Assembly (NCBI GenBank): GCA_963666985.2
Contig: CAXXIA010000001.1
Coordinates: 800,001-864,000 of the forward strand
Direction of reading: 5' to 3'
DNA length: 64,000 nucleotides
Source: Spirochaetia bacterium
GTDB taxonomy: Bacteria > Spirochaetota > Spirochaetia > DSM-2461
This document shows, in pieces, positions 26,468-35,897 of the stretch. The notes beneath the pieces are model-generated. The model did not search any database. It was not told the origin of the DNA and was given only the letters and a program-made list of their open reading frames with translations. Every line of letters begins with the position of its first letter. Position 1 is the stretch's first letter. The position numbers were made by a program, and so were the translations under genes.

Positions 26468-29400
26468 GCTTTTCGGTCACGATAAATTACGGCTCGGATG
26501 ATGTGACGCTCACGGATTACTCGGGAGAGAATTTACTCCTCGCCGACTCGTTTAAGAAAACAACGAACGTGCAGAGCACTTCATATAAACATGAGACTTC
26601 AAAGGCGTCATTTTCTTTTCTCTCAAAACCGTCTCTTGTCTCAACGCTTTTTGGATTGCCGCGCGACCAATTGATATCAGTTTCAATCCAAGAAGACGGT
26701 GTTGAGTGGTTTACCGGATATGTTCGCCCGACGGGAATCAGTTTCACCGATTCGCCGGGGCATGCCGCGAATAACGTCAGTTTTGAATGCGTCGATTCTT
26801 TATGGATTTTGCAGGACTCACCGAGTAGTTATATTTCTCGTAACCCCGATGACTCGATGACGGTGTGCGATACGAGCACCACGGGACAATCTTTAATCCA
26901 CTGGCTTTTAGAACAGGCCGGATTCACCGGAACAATAAATGCCTATGATATCACCGATGATATCGAATGGTTCTTGATGTCCCCGGATGAAAATTACATT
27001 GATGTTCTCAATGATATTTGTTTTTCCCATCATTGTACTTTTTATCCGGGAGATGATGGTTCGTTTAATCTTTATGATTGGGGTGAAGCCGCAGCCGATA
27101 TTTCCGTCTCCGGGACGATCGATGAAGATGATATTCTCGGTGATTTAAAAATAAGCCGTGAATCGACTGAGATAAAAACACCGACAGTCGAATACTATAA
27201 TCTTGTCCGTGAAAATGAAGTGCAGGTTAGCACGTACACAGACTTCTTTGGTCTTGATGAAGACGGATCGCAAATCGTTTTTGAAGATTATTCCGGACAA
27301 GAAAAATGGTCCGATATCCAAGCGGATTATGATTGGCAATATTGTACCGCTGCCAAAACTATCCCGGCTGAGTTTACCTTTCCGGATGGTGCGGTTGGAA
27401 TCATAGACTTCAAACTTGAGGTTATCGGCCGTCCGTCTTGGATTTGGAGCTACGGATATTTATATGCCGGATCATTAAGAACAAAGACTGTGGATCTTCC
27501 TGCCTCGGGAAGTAAGATCCCTGGTAATTTTAGAACAGCCGTAACCTCTGAAATAGACGAAAGCGACTATACAGCCTCATATGTTTTGAAATGGTCAAGT
27601 TCGAGTGATTATTACTCATCAAGCTTTGAATCAATATCGACCTTGGCCGATTTATATTTGCGAGAAAAAGCCGGCACGGCAGATGGCAAGGACATCGGTA
27701 ACGGGACAAAAACCTACAAGGGACTTTATTGCTACAATGAGAGTGCCGCCAAGGCTCTCGCAACAGCGCTGTCGAGCAACTTAGAATACGGGGAATTTAA
27801 ACATACCTTTGAATCGGAAAACGATTATACTCCGGGCGGCTATTATACATTAGAGAATGATCAGGCGAATATTTCCGCAGTCGTTAGGATCGTTAAAAAA
27901 ACCGAAAAGATTATCAGCTCGACTTATCGCAAATACGAATATGAATGCCGGCAGTATTCGGGTTTCTCCGCACTCGTTGAATTAATAACCGAGGGAACAG
28001 GATCAACATCAATAACCAAGTCAAACAGGATGAAATCAGTCGTTGGTTCCGATCTGGAGGCCGCAGAAGATCTCAACGTAGACGAAAGCGGGCTCTATAT
28101 GTTTTCGGATGTGATGGGATTTTACAATGAAACATCCGAAAAGTGGACCGCTTACATCAAAAATGACGGCTCCTTTTTATTCCAAGGCGATTCAAATAAC
28201 TACATCCTTTGGGACGGATCAAAATTATCTGTCCATGGAGATTTCTATTTATCCGGGGATTCGGAACTCAACGGAACCGTCACGACAGGTAACGGAATAA
28301 AGTCGAGTGATTATAACGCGGGTGTTGCCGGCTGGAAAATAGACGGTGATGGCAACGCCGAATTTAATACGATAACAATCCGCAAAGAAGCCTTTGAAGC
28401 CATTATGACCGGCTACGAAACCGCACTCATGATCGGCTTCGGTGGAGAAGGAAGTTTATCTTCTCCCGGTGAGGGGGATCGTGGAATTCTTATCGATGAG
28501 GATGAGATTTCTTGGAAGGAGATTACAGATGAAGAGTTTTCAAATTACAACCCGATTAGGATTGGCGGCGTTGATTCTGATGGTATCTTCTGGCCCTTTT
28601 TTTCTTGCCGGGGAGTAATTAATCCTCAAGGTGATATCGATGATGTTACCGAATTATTACCCGGCGGGCACCTCTACACTTTTGAAGATGATTTATTGGA
28701 TCAAGATGATGAATACGAATTATCATACAATCAGGTCGAACGCTCTACCGTTTGGTCAAAGTTTGGCAGTTATTGTTTAAAGACCGTCTCAGGCGGGACG
28801 AACGGATATGTTCAATACGATTCTTCAACAACCTCTGATTTATCTTTATTAAACCTTGCGAAAGATCAAACCGTTTCGCAATGGTTCTGTAAACCGAATG
28901 ACGGGGAAGATCCTTACCTTTATGGCGTAGGATTTATGTATATCCGGAACGTCGAAGGATCGACGACAACGGTTTTGAAGGTTGTCGCTGATGTCGCAAA
29001 CAATACCTATTATTTGCAGATTACTCAAACGGGGATCAATAGCTTAACCGGTAATGCCGTATCTTTAGAATCCGGTGTCGGACATAATATCGCTGTAACA
29101 TGGGACGCCTCGGAGAAAACGGCATATTTAATCGCTGACGGAGAGATTGTTGATACCTTAGATGCGTCCTCTTCCGGTTTGGTTCTACCCTCAGAGCCAA
29201 CAACAATTAATTATTTTGGGACAACTTATACAGATGTTGATGATCCTGATGATCCCGGTTTCTACATAGACCAGTTGCTCATCGTTCCCGGAGAATTAAT
29301 TGATGCTGATGCTTTAATCCAACACTACAACCATAATCGAGAATGGAATACGAAATATTCCGATAAGGATGCTTTTCTCCTCCCGGCTCTCGGTGGGAAA

Positions 29401-30153
29401 TCACGAATCTCATATCAGATGAATGATTTAACCGGGTGTCAATGTACGCCCGGAACCGACAGCGAACATGATGTTGCTGTATCTGCCGGACATAGACGTT
29501 CAAGTAATGACGGAGCCAACCTTGATTTTAAAGGTGGAACCGCTGCAATTGACGCAACATTTTCAGAGTCGGGAACATGGGGGCTATTTCCCGGCGCCTC
29601 CCTTTCTGCTGGTGATACTGCTCACTTATTTTTAGTGAGAATGTCAGACGGAAATACTGGCCTTGGTTTTGATGATAATATTTCTTGTTCGAACGGCGGG
29701 TATTCTTACTGTCGGAGAGTTGGATCTCGGCGAGTTTTAGCCGGCCCGGTTCTCGCACCGGCAAGGCAATTTGGGAATTATAATGAGCTTGTAACAGCCG
29801 TAAATGATTGGAACTTACAAACGGTCTCAACATCACAAGTGAATCGTGCATTAAGTTGTATCCCAAAAGGTAAATCATTTTTAGCCGATATTGCTGCTTC
29901 TATAAATAACAATTCCTCGACAACAACATATGTTTTATTTGGCTCACCATATACTACGCTTCCAACGCCAGATGCCGGTATCTGCGATATGAGAACGGCT
30001 GATGGATCTGCGGATTCAACACGAGTAATAGTTCCAACAAATCCGGATGCAGAAATAGCATATATCGCGGCAGGAGATACTTCCTTATCTGCTGGTTTTA
30101 GGGGTACTCCTGTCGGCTGGTATGACGATCTTGGTGTATTCGATGGTGTTTAA
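26464..30153 (+). CDS. Large tail tip/baseplate hub plus receptor-binding protein with LamG/ConA-like domain
   Basis: 1229 aa, beta-rich; KSSDYNAGVAGWKIDGDGNAEFN (lambda J-like motif); HNIAVTWD...YLIADG...IDQL LamG-like pattern. Confidence 0.75.
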   Translation: MSFSVTINYGSDDVTLTDYSGENLLLADSFKKTTNVQSTSYKHETSKASFSFLSKPSLVSTLFGLPRDQLISVSIQEDGVEWFTGYVRPTGISFTDSPGHAANNVSFECVDSLWILQDSPSSYISRNPDDSMTVCDTSTTGQSLIHWLLEQAGFTGTINAYDITDDIEWFLMSPDENYIDVLNDICFSHHCTFYPGDDGSFNLYDWGEAAADISVSGTIDEDDILGDLKISRESTEIKTPTVEYYNLVRENEVQVSTYTDFFGLDEDGSQIVFEDYSGQEKWSDIQADYDWQYCTAAKTIPAEFTFPDGAVGIIDFKLEVIGRPSWIWSYGYLYAGSLRTKTVDLPASGSKIPGNFRTAVTSEIDESDYTASYVLKWSSSSDYYSSSFESISTLADLYLREKAGTADGKDIGNGTKTYKGLYCYNESAAKALATALSSNLEYGEFKHTFESENDYTPGGYYTLENDQANISAVVRIVKKTEKIISSTYRKYEYECRQYSGFSALVELITEGTGSTSITKSNRMKSVVGSDLEAAEDLNVDESGLYMFSDVMGFYNETSEKWTAYIKNDGSFLFQGDSNNYILWDGSKLSVHGDFYLSGDSELNGTVTTGNGIKSSDYNAGVAGWKIDGDGNAEFNTITIRKEAFEAIMTGYETALMIGFGGEGSLSSPGEGDRGILIDEDEISWKEITDEEFSNYNPIRIGGVDSDGIFWPFFSCRGVINPQGDIDDVTELLPGGHLYTFEDDLLDQDDEYELSYNQVERSTVWSKFGSYCLKTVSGGTNGYVQYDSSTTSDLSLLNLAKDQTVSQWFCKPNDGEDPYLYGVGFMYIRNVEGSTTTVLKVVADVANNTYYLQITQTGINSLTGNAVSLESGVGHNIAVTWDASEKTAYLIADGEIVDTLDASSSGLVLPSEPTTINYFGTTYTDVDDPDDPGFYIDQLLIVPGELIDADALIQHYNHNREWNTKYSDKDAFLLPALGGKSRISYQMNDLTGCQCTPGTDSEHDVAVSAGHRRSSNDGANLDFKGGTAAIDATFSESGTWGLFPGASLSAGDTAHLFLVRMSDGNTGLGFDDNISCSNGGYSYCRRVGSRRVLAGPVLAPARQFGNYNELVTAVNDWNLQTVSTSQVNRALSCIPKGKSFLADIAASINNNSSTTTYVLFGSPYTTLPTPDAGICDMRTADGSADSTRVIVPTNPDAEIAYIAAGDTSLSAGFRGTPVGWYDDLGVFDGV

Positions 30154-30768
30154 ATGGGAGAAATATTTCCGAAGAAAGACCCGTATGCTGAAGCTTTGGA
30201 GATACGGATATCGGAATTAAATCCGGGTGATTTTAATCAAGATGATTTGCCGGAAATTGAGATTGAGGATGGCGCGATGAGCGACGAAAACGACAGAAAT
30301 AGCAACACTTGGCCAACTATCCTCCTCGGGGAATTCCGTGAGTTGAAGGGCTGGCTCTCTGGGACCGATGGACGTGGCGGAAAAATCGGTTCTCTTGAAA
30401 CTCAGATTTCGGATGTCGCGATCGAAGTCCGTCATATCAATGACCATTTGAGCACTCTCACGAATACGCAGATTAAAGACCGGGCTCACAGCGACGCACG
30501 AGATAGCGCGATCGAGAATGAGATAGAAAAGACTGAAAAAAGACTCTCGACACAGATTTATAACGTTGCTGAGATTGGACGAGGAGCACACGAGAAAATT
30601 GATGAACACCTGAAGGAATTAGAGATCGCCAAGAAGGCCGAAGCGAAGGCGGAAGAAAAGAAAGAAGAGAAAAAAGAACGGACGGTCGGTCAGTGGCTGA
30701 CCATCGCCGGGATTATTGTCGCCCCGTTTATCGGGGCCGGTGCCACACTTTTGATTCTGGGAGGTTGA
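30154..30768 (+). CDS. Coiled-coil protein with C-terminal TM helix (lysis-region membrane protein)
   Basis: Heptad region and terminal WLTIAGIIVAPFIGAGATLLILGG; start may be ATG 30277. Confidence 0.6.
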   Translation: MGEIFPKKDPYAEALEIRISELNPGDFNQDDLPEIEIEDGAMSDENDRNSNTWPTILLGEFRELKGWLSGTDGRGGKIGSLETQISDVAIEVRHINDHLSTLTNTQIKDRAHSDARDSAIENEIEKTEKRLSTQIYNVAEIGRGAHEKIDEHLKELEIAKKAEAKAEEKKEEKKERTVGQWLTIAGIIVAPFIGAGATLLILGG

Positions 30769-30770
30769 AA

Positions 30771-31313
30771 GTGGATCATGGTTATTGTACGCAGGACCGA
30801 TTCGGATATTTCGGAGAAAGGTGGGCCTGTGCAATCACAACTCTTGTAATTGTTTTTGAGCATATCCGCCGGTATGTCATGAAGATGACCGAATGGTGGG
30901 TTTCTCAAGAAGAGATCGAGAGAATCTGCGGGCGTTTTCTTTTACTCGGGAATTCCCAAATCCAGCCGCCTTGTTATGTCGCAAACTACAAGGATCATGC
31001 CGATGTTTTCGACGGCGACAAGGTAGACGATGGATGGGGCGCCGACGCTGATCCGGAGGCCCATTTTTATATCCGGTCATGGAAATGGACGTTCGTTGAA
31101 ATCGCCGATGTGATGGGAGTCAATCTTGAAGACGCAATGGTGAAACGCTCCCTTTCTCGATACGGAATCCTTGTCGTCGATGTCGACGGGAACGTTTTCG
31201 ATAAGCACGTAAGCACTCATTTTGAACCGCTCCATTCAGGGAAAGTTATCTCAAACCCTGATCCAAGGCTCGAAGGATATCCCGAATATGAACGGCGGGC
31301 ATTGCCGGTTTAA
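30771..31313 (+). CDS. Putative C39-like cysteine peptidase, candidate endolysin
   Basis: Q...WACAITTL near N-terminus and THF...NPDP near C-terminus; GGAGG before GTG 30771; adjacent to holin. Confidence 0.5.
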   Translation: MDHGYCTQDRFGYFGERWACAITTLVIVFEHIRRYVMKMTEWWVSQEEIERICGRFLLLGNSQIQPPCYVANYKDHADVFDGDKVDDGWGADADPEAHFYIRSWKWTFVEIADVMGVNLEDAMVKRSLSRYGILVVDVDGNVFDKHVSTHFEPLHSGKVISNPDPRLEGYPEYERRALPV

Positions 31314-31322
31314 GGAAAAAGT

Positions 31323-31577
31323 ATGAACGAAGAGAAAAAAGAAATCCTGATTGAGGCCGCGAAGTCGGCCAAGAGTCCGAACGGCTTCCAGCGGTTCCTC
31401 GCCAAGATCGGAGCGTTCTTCGCCGTGAACAACGATGTGAACGAGAACACCGTCATGGGGCTGGCGTTTTCTGTTGTTTTGATCATTGCTGTTTTTGACT
31501 CTACCGTCACGTTGGATAAGTTCGGGATACTCGCGGGACTTGTTGCGGGTTGTTTCGCCTTAAACCTTAAAAAATGA
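31323..31577 (+). CDS. Putative holin (2 TM)
   Basis: 84 aa, two hydrophobic helices, basic C-terminus. Confidence 0.6.
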   Translation: MNEEKKEILIEAAKSAKSPNGFQRFLAKIGAFFAVNNDVNENTVMGLAFSVVLIIAVFDSTVTLDKFGILAGLVAGCFALNLKK

Positions 31578-31585
31578 GGTAGGAA

Positions 31586-32068
31586 ATGAATGAAAAGATT
31601 TACCGCCGTCTTATTCTTGGTTTGTCTCTTCTCGCCGTTCTTGGGATCGCAGGAACTCTCTTTTTCGGTATCCGAAGCGCAGATGATGCTCGCGCTTACC
31701 GGGAGCTCATTGAGCTTAATCGATGGATCGATAGAACACGCGACGGAGCTGAAGAGATCAAACTCAACCTTGATCGAATCGTCGGAGAGCAGCGCGAGTA
31801 CATTGGAGAACTCGAAGAAAATAATCGACAGCTCCGAGACGACAATATCCTACTTATCGACAACAATCGATCGGACAGAGCAGAACTCCGAAAATCTCGG
31901 GAATATATCGACGGACTTGAATCTAATCTCGCAGGACTTAAATCAAACAACGCAGAACTTGAAACCGTCCTTTTGGGAATCCTCTCTCGGAACGGGTTTG
32001 CTGTACATGATGGGCTCATCACTGGGAGCGGCTATGGGGGCAACGGCGGGAGCGGTGGCGGGGGATAA
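31586..32068 (+). CDS. N-terminally anchored coiled-coil protein (i-spanin/Rz-like)
   Basis: Basic N-terminus, TM LILGLSLLAVLGIAGTLFFGI, long heptad region; GAGGT RBS. Confidence 0.65.
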   Translation: MNEKIYRRLILGLSLLAVLGIAGTLFFGIRSADDARAYRELIELNRWIDRTRDGAEEIKLNLDRIVGEQREYIGELEENNRQLRDDNILLIDNNRSDRAELRKSREYIDGLESNLAGLKSNNAELETVLLGILSRNGFAVHDGLITGSGYGGNGGSGGGG

Positions 32069-32159
32069 ACCCGGCGCAATCGTCGGCGCGGCGGCCGGGG
32101 CGGCTTTCGGAACGGTCATCACGACAATCGTTCGAGAAGTTCTAAATAGGAATGAATAG
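31590..32159 (+). CDS. Overlapping +1-frame protein: signal peptide, coiled coil, C-terminal glycine zipper (spanin partner candidate)
   Basis: MKRFTAVLFLVCLF..., GAAMGATAGAVAG...GAIVGAAAGAAFG; AGGA RBS at 31581-31584. Confidence 0.65.
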   Translation: MKRFTAVLFLVCLFSPFLGSQELSFSVSEAQMMLALTGSSLSLIDGSIEHATELKRSNSTLIESSESSASTLENSKKIIDSSETTISYLSTTIDRTEQNSENLGNISTDLNLISQDLNQTTQNLKPSFWESSLGTGLLYMMGSSLGAAMGATAGAVAGDKPGAIVGAAAGAAFGTVITTIVREVLNRNE

Positions 32160-32281
32160 CGAGCAACATCTCTGATGAGGGACTGGATTACACGGGATCG
32201 AAGAAGTGCGGATCCAAGTGATAAATGGAAGGGCCTGTAGAGATAGGAACGCGATTCTGATCAGAAACAGATAACGAAAAA

Positions 32282-32406
32282 AGACGGAGACCCGGGGAAA
32301 GCCATCCCCGAGCAGGTGTAGGCGCACCTACGGAATAGTCCGCCACCGTCTATCATATTTTCGGTGGAAAATTCCATGCTCTTGATCCGTCATGGAGGAA
32401 AGAGTG
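32282..32406 (+). promoter_or_regulatory. Structured RNA leader of the adenine methyltransferase
   Basis: Closing stem AGACGG/CCGTCT around three hairpins; alternative CCACCG/CGGTGG pairing; TCCATG/CATGGA hairpin over the SD. Confidence 0.55.
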
Positions 32407-33195
32407 AAAACGCCTTTGACTTATTACGGAGGGAAGCAGCAGCTTGCATCGAAAATTGTTGAACTTATACCGGAGCACCGGCTTTACTGCGAACCGTTTG
32501 TGGGAGGAGGGGCCGTATTTTTTAGAAAAGAACCTTCGGAAGTTGAAGTCATTAACGACATAAACAATGAGCTCATCAATTTCTACGAAGTCATCAAGCA
32601 CGATTTCGTGAGTCTTGAGAAAGAAGTTCAAATCAGTCTTCACAGTCGAGACCTTCATCGGCAGGCATCGGTCATTTACAACAATCCGGACATGTTTCCC
32701 AAACTCAAACGAGCCTGGGCAATCTGGGTGTTGGCTTCCCAATCGTATGGAGCAAAACTGGATTCCTCCTTCGGATATGACAGATCCGGAGCGACGTCTA
32801 AAACCATTCGTCGGAAACGGGATGCCTTTACTGTCGACTATGCCTTTCGTCTTCAGGATGTGCAAATCGAATGCGCCGATGCACTCCGGATTATTCGGAG
32901 TCGAGATTCCGCCGATTCTTTCTTTTATTGTGATCCGCCATATGTTGGAACCGATATGGGCCATTATGACGGGTACACCGATGATGATTTCCGAGCGCTT
33001 CTATCGGTACTCGAAGAGATCGAAGGAAAGTTTATTCTTAGTTCTTTCCGAAATGCTGACCTTTCTAATGTTGCTACCCGGAAGGGCTGGGATTCCTTTG
33101 AAATCCGAATGTCCAAGCCAATGTCGAGTAATCGTGATGGAACCAAAAAATCGAAAGTTGAAGTACTGACAGCAAATTTCCCGATAGATTCTTGA
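32404..33195 (+). CDS. D12-class N6-adenine DNA methyltransferase (orphan, Dam-like)
   Basis: YYGGK, EPFVGGGAV, INDIN, DPPY; likely GTG start 32404 after GGAGG (alternative ATG 32392). Confidence 0.93.
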   Translation: MKTPLTYYGGKQQLASKIVELIPEHRLYCEPFVGGGAVFFRKEPSEVEVINDINNELINFYEVIKHDFVSLEKEVQISLHSRDLHRQASVIYNNPDMFPKLKRAWAIWVLASQSYGAKLDSSFGYDRSGATSKTIRRKRDAFTVDYAFRLQDVQIECADALRIIRSRDSADSFFYCDPPYVGTDMGHYDGYTDDDFRALLSVLEEIEGKFILSSFRNADLSNVATRKGWDSFEIRMSKPMSSNRDGTKKSKVEVLTANFPIDS

Positions 33196-33285
33196 AGCCG
33201 GTTAAAACAGGATATCCTTCTTGGAATCTCCTGTTGAGATTTGGACGTACTTGATAGGTATCGTTCAATCTTCGATATTAGGGAT

Positions 33286-34017
33286 ATGTGTGTTAATGCT
33301 TCACTAGTCGAGATTGCAGAGATTATCGAAGAAATCTATGGAGTAAAAATGCCTCAAGAACACTTCGAACAACCTGCCTATTATGTCTCGGCCTATGAGC
33401 ATCCCAAATGGCCGATCTTGAAACAGGGAGAGACCGAGACCTTTAGACCTGCCGCCTGGGGGCTTATACCATCATGGATAAAGGATACTGACGCAGCCTC
33501 TTCGATTAGGGACAAGACCATTAATGCCAGACTTGAAAGTATTGATTCCAAACCATCTTTTCGATCGTTAGTTGATTCTCGAAGATGCGGTGTTCTATTG
33601 GATAGCTTTGTTGAATGGAGAAGCTTCAACGGGAAAAAATATCCTTATCGAATAGGATTACCGGAAAATCGTCCTTTCTTGATAGCTGGGTTATGGGATA
33701 GATGGCACGTGTCCGAAAGCGATTCAATGATTGAAACATTCACTGTAATCACAGTTGAAGCTCAAGGTATACCAGCACAGGTGCATAATACTAAACTTCG
33801 GATGCCCTTGATTCTTAGTCGCACCGTTGGGCAAGCTTGGCTTGATTTAGATAGGTCGTTTACAGCATGCAAAGATTCCATAACACCACTTTTTCGACCA
33901 CTGGAAGCATGGCCAATTTCCCGGGATATTTCTGTGAGGGGAAAGGACAAGAACGTTCCAGGTATTCTTGATCGTTTTGAGTATCCAGAATTACCGGCCC
34001 TTGAGCCGGTTCAATGA
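33286..34017 (+). CDS. SOS-response-associated peptidase (SRAP/YedK/HMCES family)
   Basis: Start at ATG 33286 gives catalytic Cys2; [30 protein letters not shown]. Confidence 0.9.
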   Translation: MCVNASLVEIAEIIEEIYGVKMPQEHFEQPAYYVSAYEHPKWPILKQGETETFRPAAWGLIPSWIKDTDAASSIRDKTINARLESIDSKPSFRSLVDSRRCGVLLDSFVEWRSFNGKKYPYRIGLPENRPFLIAGLWDRWHVSESDSMIETFTVITVEAQGIPAQVHNTKLRMPLILSRTVGQAWLDLDRSFTACKDSITPLFRPLEAWPISRDISVRGKDKNVPGILDRFEYPELPALEPVQ

Positions 34018-35270
34018 GCATAAGCCACTGGAAGATCGTTCCAACATGTGGTGTATCTCGGAGATAAGAATTCTCTGCGCATGTGCCAGTCCGCATCAAA
34101 ACGTGTGGCTCGACAATGCAATGCGTCCCGACCGAATTTCGCTGTAACTTTGTCTACAGCTTCCATTATTGCAGCTTTACGAGGATCAGGCTCTCTGAAT
34201 AAATCGCCTTGGCGACCTGATCGGTTCTCGATCCCCGAGAGGAAAACCGAAACCTTTTTGTATTTATAACCGGGCTTGAAAATCTCTTCGATACCTTTCT
34301 TGGCGGCTGCAGCTAGAGTAGGGAGGTAGTCGGTAGGTTCGTCGAGCGTAATGGTTCTATTTGCAGAGTATTGACGATCGCTTTTCTTGAAATAGTTTGT
34401 TGTCAATATCACATCGACGATTGAACAAATCGAATCCTGTGCACGAAGTTTCTCTGCCGCTCTCATTGCGTAGTCGACTACAGCTTCCTTGAGATCGGCC
34501 AGATTAGTTACCGGATGACCGAAACTTTTTGAACTCATGATACCTTTTTTGGCAGGCGGTACTTCTTCAAGTGAGATGGAAGGGCGACCTCGAAGTTCCC
34601 ACACGATCCGTAGACCTGTAATGGTGAGGCGTTGCTTTGCCCATGCATCGTCGACATTTTTCAGATCAAGGGCTGTGGTAATTCCTCGTGTCTGTAGGCG
34701 TGTCGCAAGTCCCCGGGAAATACCCCATATGTCTTCAACGGGTGTTTTGTTCAGAATGCTATTTATCGTGTCTTCTTCAGGGCCAAGGGTAAATACTCCG
34801 TCAGGTTTGTTTTTTGCATGCTTTGCGGCGATTTTTGCAAGTACCTTTGTCTGGGCAATTCCTATCGATGTTGGGATACCGATTCCGAAATACACATCGT
34901 TTCGGAGTGTACGGCACAGTATCTCTGGACTATCCGGATGTCCGTCGAGAATCAGAAAAGCCTCATCAATAGAATAGACTTCCATCTTTGGTACTTGTGA
35001 GTCCAGAAGGTCCATTATCCGCCGGGAAAGGTTTGCGTATAGTGCATAATTAGAACTGAACACGGTGATGTCTTCCCTCTCAATTATTTCACGTGCTTTG
35101 AAGAGGGGGAGTCCACGTGGAATACCGAGATTCTTTGCTTCTCTGGAGAGCGCTACAATGCAGCCATCATTATTAGAGAGAACAACAATCGGTTTGTTTT
35201 TTAGATCCGGCCGAAAAACTCGTTCGCATGCCGCGTAAAACGAATTGCAATCGATGAGCGCAACGGTCAT
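34011..35270 (-). CDS. umuC: Y-family DNA polymerase V subunit UmuC
   Basis: [37 protein letters not shown]. Confidence 0.96.
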   Translation of the reverse strand: MTVALIDCNSFYAACERVFRPDLKNKPIVVLSNNDGCIVALSREAKNLGIPRGLPLFKAREIIEREDITVFSSNYALYANLSRRIMDLLDSQVPKMEVYSIDEAFLILDGHPDSPEILCRTLRNDVYFGIGIPTSIGIAQTKVLAKIAAKHAKNKPDGVFTLGPEEDTINSILNKTPVEDIWGISRGLATRLQTRGITTALDLKNVDDAWAKQRLTITGLRIVWELRGRPSISLEEVPPAKKGIMSSKSFGHPVTNLADLKEAVVDYAMRAAEKLRAQDSICSIVDVILTTNYFKKSDRQYSANRTITLDEPTDYLPTLAAAAKKGIEEIFKPGYKYKKVSVFLSGIENRSGRQGDLFREPDPRKAAIMEAVDKVTAKFGRDALHCRATRFDADWHMRREFLSPRYTTCWNDLPVAYAH

Positions 35271-35707
35271 CGGCGGTTGGCTGCCCGGAAGCTTGTAATG
35301 GAATGAGTGACCACACCGATGATAGTTAAGTCGGAGGCATCATCGATGGCTAGTACCGGATATGCAGGATTCTCAGGAGCTAAAACGTACCGCCCTTGGT
35401 CAACTCGCAAACGTTTGACTGTAAATTCACCATCTAAGGCCGCGACAACAATATCACCCGGCCGTGCTAGTAGCCCCCGATTTACCACAAGAAGGTCGTT
35501 ATTTTGAATCCCGGCTCCAATCATCGATTCGCCTGTTACTCTCATAACCACTGTTACTGGTGGATCTGCAATGAGGAGGCGGTTGAAATCCAATTCTTCC
35601 TCCGCATAGTCGTCCGCTGGCGAGGGAAAACCAGCAGGAACACAAACCGAGAAGCTCGGGATAGACTGAGTTGTTTCTTTCTCAAATACTGCGGACATAC
35701 TATTCAT
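35267..35707 (-). CDS. umuD: DNA polymerase V subunit UmuD (S24 peptidase)
   Basis: PAGFPSPA cleavage site, GESM, FTVKRL. Confidence 0.95.
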   Translation of the reverse strand: MNSMSAVFEKETTQSIPSFSVCVPAGFPSPADDYAEEELDFNRLLIADPPVTVVMRVTGESMIGAGIQNNDLLVVNRGLLARPGDIVVAALDGEFTVKRLRVDQGRYVLAPENPAYPVLAIDDASDLTIIGVVTHSITSFRAANRR

Positions 35708-35897
35708 ATGTTATGTATAATAGATGATATTATGTGATGCAATACTGATATCGAAAAAGGGGGAGGCGTTGGTAGGCCATGGCTCTTTTTTCACAGATAA
35801 TCATTCATAATCAGAGAGGAATCAAAGAAACTCGCCTCTGTTAAGGGCTCGATTTTAGCGCCTAATATGGATCTAAATGGTGCCGAGTTTTTCTTCA

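Noticed and set aside
26464..30153. Diversity-generating retroelement or shufflon acting on the tail tip
   Set aside because: No reverse transcriptase, no template/variable repeat pair and no inverted cassettes seen.
32172..32230. Hammerhead ribozyme core CTGATGAG
   Set aside because: No stem II followed by GAAA and no matching cleavage-site stems could be built.
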